NCBI GenBank assembly: GCA_963575745.1
Contig: CAUYUJ010000043.1
Location: 1 to 64,000 of the forward strand
DNA length: 64,000 bases
Direction of reading: 5' to 3'
Source of the DNA: Prorocentrum cordatum
Lineage: Eukaryota
Under the pieces are notes generated by a model. The model did no database searches, was not told where the DNA came from, and saw only the letters and a program-made list of their open reading frames with translations. The translations under genes and the position numbers were made by a program. Each line of letters starts with the position of its first letter. Positions within the stretch are counted from its first letter, which is position 1. Positions 38,314-47,980 of this stretch are shown here, in pieces.

Positions 38314-38538
38314 TAAAACATTTCCCAAGGCAGCTGGCCGTTCAGCTCCGTTCCATTCCATAACTCACAGGACCGTGAGAGCTGCCCAGCCCACGGCTCC
38401 GCTCCATATTCGCAAGACGAAGCTCTCCTTCGCACAATTACTAATTCAACTAATTCGATTGCAGGTATCTGGATTGGCTCTTCTCTCGCTTGGCATCGGG
38501 CAGGCAATACGTGGCATTGTACTGTACAACGCTTCCGA

Positions 38539-39927
38539 ATGGACTCCGCCTCCGCTTCTTCTCGCAGTGACTCCAAGAGCAGAAGTCAGGCCAGTGGACA
38601 CCGTCGGGATCGCCGCAGACAATCAGAAAGGCACGACAGGAATAGAGACCGAGACCGTGATCGACATCGCCGACGTGATAGGGATCGACGCCAACGCACT
38701 TCTTCATCTGAAGGTTCACGCCCTCCGCACAAAGGACACAGTGGACGCTCTAAAGGCCCTCTCGAACGTGAAGCAAACGGCGCCCCTCGTGGATTTCATT
38801 CAGCAGCCACACAAGACGCATGGCAACGAGCAGCACTGGAAGAACTCGATGCAGCACCTACTTTCCCCTCTCAAGAACAAGCTCACTGGCAAGCCCATCA
38901 ACACGCACAGCGAGAACGACAAGCACGTGAACACCATGAGGCTCAAGCCGCACGCGACGCCCACGAAGCCGCACAGCCTCCCGCCGCACAGCTTCCTGCC
39001 GCTTCAGCTCATGCAGCAGAAGGCACCGCCACGCCAGCAGGCGGACTGTGGCCTCAATCAACATTGGACCCAGACATTCAGCACGAGCCCAAGCAGATCA
39101 TGGCATCGCAAGTGGCAGCAATCAATACCGCAGTTGGAGAAACAGTATCCGCCTCGCAAGCGCAGTTCACTGCCGCTCTACAGCGACACGAAGCAGCTAC
39201 CACTCGCAGATTGGATGGGCAAGAACAAGACCTCATGGCCATCAAGATCGCTCAAGCCAAACAAGAATCACAACATCAGGAAGTCTGGAGTGCCATCCAG
39301 CGTATCAATCTGCAGCTCAGCCTGGGCGAAGCCGACGCTCCCATCCTGGACATGGCCAAGCTCTCAGACTGGGATCGCGAACCCGATCCCGCCATCTACA
39401 TTCTCTCCTCCGCGCAGCCCGTCGACGCTGCCGCAGTGCGCACGTCCATCACAGAATGGTTGGATGCAGCAGAAGTGGCCCCGCAGCAGTTTCAGATTCA
39501 CGGCGAAGGACCCAATCGGCGCTTCATACTTCAGCTTTTGGGCGGCCGATCTGTCGCCATTCCCAAATCCATTGCGCTCGCTCGTGCCCTTCAGCTTCCA
39601 GGACGAGGAGGTTACAGAAAGTTCACAGTTCAGACCCCCGCCAACTGCGTCATCAATCACGGCCAGTACGTCCCGCTCTACGTCAACCCCGATAAGAACA
39701 TCAAGCGCATCAGAATGGAAACTCAAACTAAAAAGCTACTCGCTCTCTGTCAGACCCACTACCCCACGCACAATTGGCGTGCGCGTCGCGATCAAGGACG
39801 TATTTTCTGCAATACCATCCCCACCGCCAAACTGGAGCTCACTGGCATGGACGCGGCAACGGTCATTCGTTGGAATCAAGATGCGCTGGCCAAGGTTCCT
39901 ATCAACAATGCCACCATCGCTGCATGA
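38539..39927 (+). CDS. LINE ORF1 protein (RS/RD-rich N-terminus, probable coiled coil, C-terminal globular domain)
   Basis: 462-aa ATG ORF between the SL and ORF2, with a LYVNPDK motif near the C-terminus. The frame continues past TGA to TAA at 39970-39972. Confidence 0.75.
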   Translation: MDSASASSRSDSKSRSQASGHRRDRRRQSERHDRNRDRDRDRHRRRDRDRRQRTSSSEGSRPPHKGHSGRSKGPLEREANGAPRGFHSAATQDAWQRAALEELDAAPTFPSQEQAHWQAHQHAQRERQAREHHEAQAARDAHEAAQPPAAQLPAASAHAAEGTATPAGGLWPQSTLDPDIQHEPKQIMASQVAAINTAVGETVSASQAQFTAALQRHEAATTRRLDGQEQDLMAIKIAQAKQESQHQEVWSAIQRINLQLSLGEADAPILDMAKLSDWDREPDPAIYILSSAQPVDAAAVRTSITEWLDAAEVAPQQFQIHGEGPNRRFILQLLGGRSVAIPKSIALARALQLPGRGGYRKFTVQTPANCVINHGQYVPLYVNPDKNIKRIRMETQTKKLLALCQTHYPTHNWRARRDQGRIFCNTIPTAKLELTGMDAATVIRWNQDALAKVPINNATIAA

Positions 39928-39962
39928 TTTGCCGCTCTCTACAAAGCAGAGGACACAGTACA

Positions 39963-40391
39963 ATGGCTTTAACAAACGCCGGTCTCCATGGAGAACTACG
40001 ACCACAGACGGAGACCATGCTAGACCTCCTGGACCTGAAGCACCGCGAGGACATCGGCCTCATCCTCTACAGCACCTTCGGCCAGCACCTGTCCCCCAGC
40101 ATCCTTGCCCTGAAGCTGCGCGCGCCCCTCTTCATCCCGAATGTGCTCCACGGGAACCCAGCCCAGATCTTCAGCATCATAGAGCGCCAGCTGATCTACG
40201 TGCACTGCGACGACAGGCACACGGGGATTGGGACGTCCCTGTTGCCCCCAAGGGACGGGGGAGCCCTCCAGATGTTATTTCAGATCTCTCGGGCCTGGAG
40301 TGCCCGTCAGATTCGCTTCATCCGCAACGTGATCTGCCCCATTCAGCGCAAGCGCTACTTCTTCCCGAACAAGATCACATTCTCAAAATAG
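39963..40391 (+). CDS. 142-aa middle ORF of unknown function inside the LINE
   Basis: ATG at 39963 overlaps the end of the extended ORF1 frame (CAATGGCTTTAA). The product is non-repetitive and globular-looking with C-ending codon bias, and ends TCA AAA TAG. Confidence 0.55.
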   Translation: MALTNAGLHGELRPQTETMLDLLDLKHREDIGLILYSTFGQHLSPSILALKLRAPLFIPNVLHGNPAQIFSIIERQLIYVHCDDRHTGIGTSLLPPRDGGALQMLFQISRAWSARQIRFIRNVICPIQRKRYFFPNKITFSK

Positions 40392-43300
40392 ATAAGACGC
40401 AGAATGGCACGGCTTCAACTTTCAGCTCATCTTCGGCATATACATCATCGTCCTCTACCAGCGCTTCTTCATCCTTGTCGGACTCCAACTCATCATTCAA
40501 CAACCGTCGGTCTCGCGCTACTCGTACACGTACACGACCTTCTACAGCGGATACAGCAGGCAGCTACATCTGTTGGAACGCTCGCGGTCTACTCTGTCAT
40601 GATGATGCCAAGCGATGGGGGAAGATACGGCAGCTCGTCCCTTTCATGCGCAAGCAGTCGCTCATCGCTCTTCAAGAGGTGCACAGCACACAGCTCGATC
40701 TCGAATCACACCTTGGCAAACTTCCTTACGACTATCAGGTCTTCTTCAGCGGCTTCCCTCACAACCGCGGCAAGGGGGGCATCGCCTTCTTAGTACCGAC
40801 GCCTTCGATGACGACGACTTCTACCTCGCTTTGGCCAGTGATACGCGGGAGGGTTGCTGTCCTCCATGTGGCCAACCACACCACAGGCTTCGAAACGCTT
40901 ATCATGAATGTGCACAATCACGACCTGCCGGCTACGGATATGGATAGAGTGACGGAAGCGCGGCATGCTTCCCGACAGTGGGCAGCGCAGAACCCACAAC
41001 AGCGGTTATTCATTGCCATGGGCGATTTCAACACCAGCGCGGTCCCCTCCTTTAACTTCAAAGATCCATCTGCACGTTGGCGGCCGATGGCTCCTGACGG
41101 ACAGTATCAGCGCGAACAAGCTCGCTGGCGTCAACTGTTTGCCTCGCTCACGGAGGTTGCGCACGACCTGCCCGCGCACTTCTCGGCCAACACACAAGCA
41201 GCCACTGCCATTGACCGCATCTTCGTGTCGCTGTCGGGCATCGATCTCATGAACGTCGACGCTCACCTCAAGATCCACAAAGACGGTGCTGCCTTATCAC
41301 ATAAAGGCCTCAGTGACCACGCGATCCTGCACCTGCTGCTGGCCAACGCATCGGCGACGCAGAAGGAGGAACAGGCCATCGATCCGCTCATCTTTCACGA
41401 CCCCACGTACCAGCGCCACTTCAACTTCCTGAAGGACAACGTCGCCTCGGCAGCTCTCACGCCAACTGGTGCCTGGAAGCAGCGCAAGCTCATCATCAAA
41501 GAAGCGGCTCGCCTCACTCGTAATCTTCAACAGCGAGCCTCTCTACATGATCAAAGCCGCTGGGCGAAGCATGGGGGGCTTACTTCACTACGTGCTATTG
41601 CTCGGACGGTTTGGCGAAAAGACTCAAACGCGGCAGCGCTCCTCATGGCCGCGACGGACATTGGCGCCGCTCACCTACGCCTTACCGACAACGGGCCCGA
41701 GCTCATCAACAGAGACGGGTACATCAAACTCATGGATGCAGCTGTTACTGCTGACTACGACAGACGCGTCGCCATCGCCGCGAAGCGCCAGCTCCAGTCC
41801 CACGCCGAGATGCAGATGGACCAGGCCGGCAGCCGCAAGGCCGCGATGCAGCTCATGCGCCGGGCGCAGGCTTGGAACCCATTTCGTCGTCGCCTCGTGC
41901 TTTCAGGACTTAGGATACCAAAAGAGGGGACACCCACCAATGCCCTCCCCACCACCAGCTCACCAGAAGGCATTTTCGGAGGTCTTCAGAAGTTCTGGCA
42001 GCCCATCTTCTCGAGCAAGACCGTGGACCCCTACGCGGTCCAGTCGCACTTGACCCAGCACCTCCCCGTCTTCGATTGCGCGGACCTGCGGGTTCCAGCT
42101 CTTCAGGACTTTCAGAGAGCCCTTCGCAGGGTACGTCACACTGCCCCAGGCCCTGACCAGATACCTTATGCTGCATGGGCTACTTCTTCAGGCTCCTCCC
42201 AGATCTTATATGACCTCATGATGCAGATGTTCGAAACAGGCCTGGCCCCGTTTCAGTTCAACGATTCCGTCTTCGCTTTTCTTCCAAAAGGTGATGAGCC
42301 CCAGGACCAATATGCCGTATTTCGAGCTCCAGGTGCCACTCGCCCCCTCTCCCTGAAGAACTGCGACGCCAAACTGATTGCCCACGTCGTGAACATGGGC
42401 TTAGTGGATATGGTCAAAGAGAGAACGGAAGACTCGCAACAGGGGTTTGTAAAGGGCCGTAATTTCGGACAACGCGTTCTGACGCTAGACTCTGAAGCCC
42501 GTAGAGCAGGCCATTCCCCAGCTGCCCTTGATGCCTTCCCATCTTAGTCAGTTTCGATATCGAAGCTGCCTTCCCATCCATAGGATGGGAATTCCTGTTT
42601 GCTTCTTTGGTGGCTCACGGAGTCCCCCCAGGATATCTTAATGTCACCCGTGCGCTTTACCATTCTCCAGGGGCGTGGGCCCGCGTCGGTGGCCAGCTTC
42701 GGTACATGTTCGAAATCGGCTCTGGGGTGCTTCAGGGCTGTCCTCTTTCAGGATCGATATGGGCCCTTGCGTTTGATGCCCCCATCCGTCATCTAGTCCA
42801 GATTTTAAACCTTCTTCCTGGATCTAGCAAGCTCGGTGCCTGCGCAGATGATCTGGGCCTTGTCCTCGCTCGCCTTGGGACCCTCCCTTTCCTCCTTCCC
42901 CCTTTTCGGGCCATTGCTACTCTCGCGGGACTCGAACTTCAGATTCAGAAGACAGTGATTGTGCCCTTGTGGGCCGCCTTCTCACCCGCCGTGCAATCTC
43001 TCACACAGCGCTTGCTCAAATTTCTAGTCCCAGAGTGGCAGCGCACTCAGATCGCCGAGTACGCCCGCTACTTAGGGGTACTCATCGGTCCCGCCGTTTC
43101 TCTAGACATCCATTGGAAGGCTGCATTTGATAAATGCTGGCTACGGGTGGTGCAGCTTGCGGCGAGCGCACCAGGCCCCTCAGTTGCCATCAAACTATAT
43201 AACACATGTGTTGTAACTGTGTTATCGTATATCACGCACTATTTCCAGTTCCCTGCCACATTTCTGCGGCATGAACGAAGCACGCTGCACAAGATTTTAC

Positions 43301-44209
43301 GTGCTCCCCCCAACTCCTGGCGCCTCGTCGACCTCCTCGGTACTCGCTCGTGGTCGCCCTCGTCCTCCCCCAATTCACTGGTCACGCTTTCACTCGCAGC
43401 TGCATGGCGCACCGCCACTGTCACGCTCCCCGACTGGGAGCCGCTGTATCGCGAGCTCTTCCTGGCCCAGGACCAGCTCAATCCAGAACTGTCCCTGGCG
43501 GATTTGGGGCAGGCCCGTATTCGGGCCACGGTTTCGCCTGTGTTTTGGAAAAGTCCAGGTATCGTCGAATATTGGCGCGACCTCGCCGACGGTCAGCCGC
43601 CATATGCCGTCTCACTGCCCATCTGGCGCGCGGCACAGCGCGCCGCTGCAGATGAGCACGCCGTTGCCTCCAACGAAGCGCGCCGTTCTAGGGTCCAGCG
43701 ACAAGTTCGCAGAGACCCTGGCGCGCCGCCTCTCGTCGGCTCTCCCTGAAGTCGTGCTCCCTCCAGCCCTGCCAAACCGCTGGAAGGAGCTATCTGAATA
43801 TCTTTCAAAGAAAGCACCAGCCATCCGCTGGGCTGTCTTTAAAACGCTAGCGGGAGCGTGGTGGACCAGCCACCGATTCCCCTTTGGACCGCGCCGCACG
43901 TGTCTGCTCGGGTGCGAAGCTTGCCCAGGCCGTCTCGGCCACTACCTCACCTGTCCCCGCCTTTTGCACTTCCTCGCGTTACCTCGTTCCTTTCTCTCCT
44001 CGGACCCCCTCGTGCGAATTGGCCTAGGGACGACAGAGCAACGCGCAAACCCAGAGCACACAATTTCAGAATTTGTTCGCAGGACAGCACTTTCATTTCA
44101 CTTTTACAACAAACTACGTATCATTACGCACGCCGCGCCCCGCGCCGCGCTTCTTTACACTACAGGCATTGAGTGCCTAGCTACTGCACTGCACGCGATG
44201 CGGCCATAG
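40392..44209 (+). pseudogene. LINE ORF2: apurinic endonuclease, reverse transcriptase and C-terminal Cys/His finger, with two frameshifts (start position uncertain)
   Basis: APE motifs CWNARGL, ALQEVH, MGDFN, IDRIF, SDH. RT motifs APGPD, RPLSL, QQGFVKGR, FDIEAAFPS, GVLQGCPLS, CADD. C-terminal CLLGC...HYLTC. Frameshifts at ~42540 and ~43700. Confidence 0.9.
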
Positions 44210-44292
44210 TCGAGACAAGCGGACGCGCGGACACTTGCCCTCTTCTCGCGTCTTGCCCGCCTGCCCTCGTCTCGTCCCTTTCATGGTACGGT

Positions 44293-44313
44293 CGCTCCTC
44301 CTCCTCCTCCTTG
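44293..44313 (+). repeat. Right target-site duplication of the LINE, CG(CTC)5CTTG
   Basis: Lies 83 nt after the ORF2 stop and matches 38250-38276. Confidence 0.65.
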
Positions 44314-44877
44314 CCCGCTGGCGCCTGCGGGCTCGTGGCCTTCGGCGCGCACCTCCTGCTCCGAGCCGCTCCTTCCGGCAGCTGCGGCTCGCGGGCGCCG
44401 GCGGTCGGGGCAGGGGTCGGGCGGGCCACGCCTCGCCCCCCGAAAGGGGGGGGGTCCTTGGCGCGGGATGTCAGAAGTGATCCTCCTGCTCGGCATCGTC
44501 TACCCGATCCCTATCCCCTGCTCCATCCTCGTCCAGATCCCCACCATCCCACCACTCTAGTTGGGGATATGCCCCTCGAAGCTCGAAGCGAACAGCCTAT
44601 ATCCCCATCTAGGGGGATATATCGGCCAGTGTGGCCCAGGCCACGCCCGTGGGGATAGGGATCGGTTAAACGATGCTCACTACAGTCAACCCGCATAGCA
44701 AGGATGCGCGACTTTCCAAGGCTACACCCTTGTATCCTTGTCCCCTCGGCCCATCCTCAGGTAACCTTCGCGGGCCAGCCTTGTGCGAACAACGTCAACA
44801 TTGCCCTCCAAGAAGGCCCTTGCATCCTTACCGCGCATCCTTGTTATACGGGCTGGCTGTACAGCAGAAGCCCCTGC

Positions 44878-45200
44878 CAAGAAACACCCTGCTTGCCTTC
44901 AGCGCGCCCTGGGTTTCTTGGGTTTCGATGGTCTCGCTATGGAACAGCGTGACGGCTCCCATTCCAAAAGTCAATGGACGTCCTGGGGCCTCAGTGTGGC
45001 AGGAGGGAAGAAACGCACACAGACACAACTAATCTGCGATTATCCAGAAACTATGGGAAAGTATGGGAAGTGGGGGGAAGACAAAAACCCAGAATATATT
45101 ATGGGAAGATCTGGGGAATCCTGTTATTTGCGTCTATTTATCTACCTGTGTGTCCCAAGGCCCCTCCAGTGTTGGGCTTCTTGTGGAAGGCTTCTTGTGG
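44878..45200 (+). repeat. Dispersed repeat, second copy at ~47022-47170
   Basis: caagaaacaccctgcttgccttcag...ccctgggtttcttggg...gggcttcttgtggaagg occurs twice; the first copy carries ~170 bp extra. Confidence 0.75.
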
Positions 45201-46240
45201 CCGAGCTCCTGCTGCACCCCCCCCTCGTGCGCGCCGCCGCGATCGGGGTGCGGCCACCGTGCGGCACCACGTGCAGGTCTGGCCCGCCACGCCTGCGCCG
45301 GCCGCACTCCTGGGGCCGCGAGGGGGCAGGGCGGGCGCGCCGGCCTCTCGCCGCGGGCCGCAGGCCCGAGAGGAGAGGCCTCCGACTGGTCGGTGCGGGC
45401 GGGAGCAGTGGGCGCGGGGGGGACGCGCGCGCGCAGTGCTGGGGGGCGTGGTGTGCCGGGGAGCGCGGTCTTGGCTGCAGCCTCGGCTGCTCGCGCTCGC
45501 TTCGTGACTCGCGTCGCGCGGCGTGGCCCGTCGCCGCCGCCGCGGGAGGAGGTGCGGCCGCCCGGGCTTCCGAAGGAGCCGCGTGGCCCGCCGCCGTGGC
45601 CGTTTCGGCCGGAGCCGTGCTGGCTCAACTTGGGACGCGGGGGGGGGGGCGGGCCGCGCACGCGCGCAGTGGTGGGGAGCGTCGGGGGTGGCTGTGGCGG
45701 CGGCGGCGTCCCACAGCACGCGCTCGGCTGCGCGAGGGCGGGCCGCCTGCCAGCACGAGGTCCCTGTCGATCGCCCGCGCTGGCTCCTGCCGCAGCGGCT
45801 GCCGATCGGGGACGCGCGCGCACGCCTGCCCCTTCCCCGCAGCGCCGGCATCGACGCGTGGCTGTCCGCTGACGTCTGCACAAATTGCGGTCGCCTGCGC
45901 GTGACGAGCGCTCTCAAGCCGAGGCCGTGCCCTCCCGGGTCCGGGGCAAGCCAGGGCGAGCCGCGCAGCGCGGGAAAGCGGCGAGTTTGCCTCCGACGCA
46001 CTGGTGAGGTCCAAGCAGCAGTGGCGCTTGGTGAGATGCCAGCAGCCAGAATTGTTTCCTCCTGGGGCGCGTGGCAAGAGAGAGAGAGAGAGAGAGAGCC
46101 CTCAAGCGCGCGCCATGAAAAATGCCGGGCGGTGCAGGACAGCTCGGGGGAGAGGAGGCGACGAGAAATGGGCCCGAAGGCGCAGGAGACGGTAAGGAGT
46201 AGCGACGCCCGCACGAGCAGGGCTCCTGGCCCAGGGGGGT

Positions 46241-46340
46241 NNNNNNNNNNNNNNNNNNNNNNNNNNNNNNNNNNNNNNNNNNNNNNNNNNNNNNNNNNNN
46301 NNNNNNNNNNNNNNNNNNNNNNNNNNNNNNNNNNNNNNNN
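46241..46340. other. Assembly gap (100 N)
   Basis: Run of N. Confidence 1.
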
Positions 46341-47571
46341 GAGGAGGAGGAGGGGGAGGATGTCCCAGCGGCCTCCAGAGGAGCCCTCACGAGGCCCAGA
46401 GGCCCCACAGGGGCTCTCTAATGGAGCGACATGCTGGGAACACCCTGGGCCAGGGACACCTTCCCATACTTTCTCCTTCCCCTTCTCCTCCTGCTCCTCT
46501 TCCTCCTCCTGCTCCACTTCCTCCTGCTCCTCCTCCTTCTCCTCCTCCTTCTCCTCCAGCTCCGCCTCCTCCTCCTCTCCTCCTCCTCCTCCTTCTCCTC
46601 CTCCTCTTCCCCCTCCTTCTCCTCCTCCTGCTCCTTCTCCTTCTCCTCCTCCTCCTCCTCCTCCTCCTTCTCCTCCTCTTCCCATACCCCACGACGTCAC
46701 TCAGGAGGTCTCGACCCATTCCCCAGAGCCGGCTTTTCATGTTTCACCCTGAGCAGCTTTTTGCGGTTCCGGGGCCCGGTAGCAAAACCTCCCATCCATC
46801 GCGTTTTTTCACCTCGCGATGGGGTCTATCTTGTCTGGGCGAACAGCATATCCGTATCCGCGATTTCGCAGGCTGGGCCCCTGGGCCGCGACCCCACGGA
46901 TGGGGCTTTTTGTTCGCGGATGCACCGCGCGGGACGTGCTTGTACGACCGCGTATCCGCGGGATCGCGCCCTAGAGTCCAGACCGCGAGGGCGCGGATAC
47001 GGATACAGTGTAGACCCATGCCAAGAAACACCCTGCTTGCCTTCAGGGTGCCCTGGGTTTCTTGGGCTTCGATGGTTGTGCTTTGGAAGGCGTGACGCTC
47101 CCACAGCAACAAAAATCGATGGACGTCCTTGGGTCTCAGGATTGGGCTTCTTGTGGAAGGTTTCTTGTGGACTCGCCTCCACTGTATACTCGCCGCTCGT
47201 GCGATTGGTCCAGGGGAGACCGTGCGAAAGGTGGACGGATCGATATCACATCACGTCATCATGTACACTTCATCACTATGGGTGCCAAGCCGCCGATCGG
47301 CGCGTGTGGGAAGCAGGCTGGAGGCCGTGTGCCGGCAGCCCTCCATGGGCGCGGGAGTGGACTCCCGCACGCCGCTCTCTCTCTCTCTCTCTCGCTTGTG
47401 ATATTGGGCCACTGAAGCCTTCAGCAGCCCCCGAGGGACGCACGGGGCGTGCAAGAAGCGCATGCGCGCACGCCTTCGGGCGCGCCGTCGGGCTCTCTGT
47501 TTGAGCGGTGGCGCGCCCGGCGGCTCTCGGCTCAAGGTCCTTCCAGCGTGCTGCGCCTACGGCTGGGGGAT

Positions 47572-47700
47572 GAGAGGAGGAGGAGGAGGAGGAGGAGGAG
47601 GAGGAGGAGGAGGAGGAGGAGGAGGAGGAGGAGGAGGAGGAGGAGGAGGAGGAGGAGGAGGAGGAGGAGGAGGAGGAGGAGGAGGAGGAGGATAAGATGA

Positions 47701-47762
<62 letters not shown>

Positions 47763-47980
47763 CTGATGATGATGAAGATGCTGATGCTGATGCTGATTCT
47801 GATGCTGTTGATGCTGATGATGATGATGATGATGATGATGATGAGGAGGAGGAGGAGGAGGAGGAGGAGGAGGAAAGGGAGGAGGAAAGGGAGGAGAAGA
47901 AGAAGAAGCTGGAGGAGGAGTAGGAGGAGTAGGAGGAGGAGGAGGAGGAGGAGGAGGAGGAGGAGGAGGAGGAGGAGGAG
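47572..47980. repeat. (GAG)n/(GAT)n microsatellite
   Basis: Directly visible. Confidence 0.95.

Larger units (their letters stand above)
38277..44292 (+). mobile_element. Full-length non-LTR retrotransposon (APE-type LINE) with SL-derived 5' end
   Basis: SL, ORF1, middle ORF, APE-RT-ZnF ORF2 and a short 3'UTR, flanked by an apparent TSD. Confidence 0.9.

Noticed and set aside
38277..38340. SL RNA gene
   Set aside because: The SL is followed by a relic SL and the LINE UTR, not a GT-starting SL intron.
38060..42547. 1495-aa ORF as one protein starting at 38060
   Set aside because: The start lies outside the element, upstream of the TSD and SL; only the part from ~40560 shows APE/RT motifs.
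45138..46752. Long GC-rich ORFs crossing the N gap
   Set aside because: Low-complexity, span an assembly gap and show no recognisable motifs.
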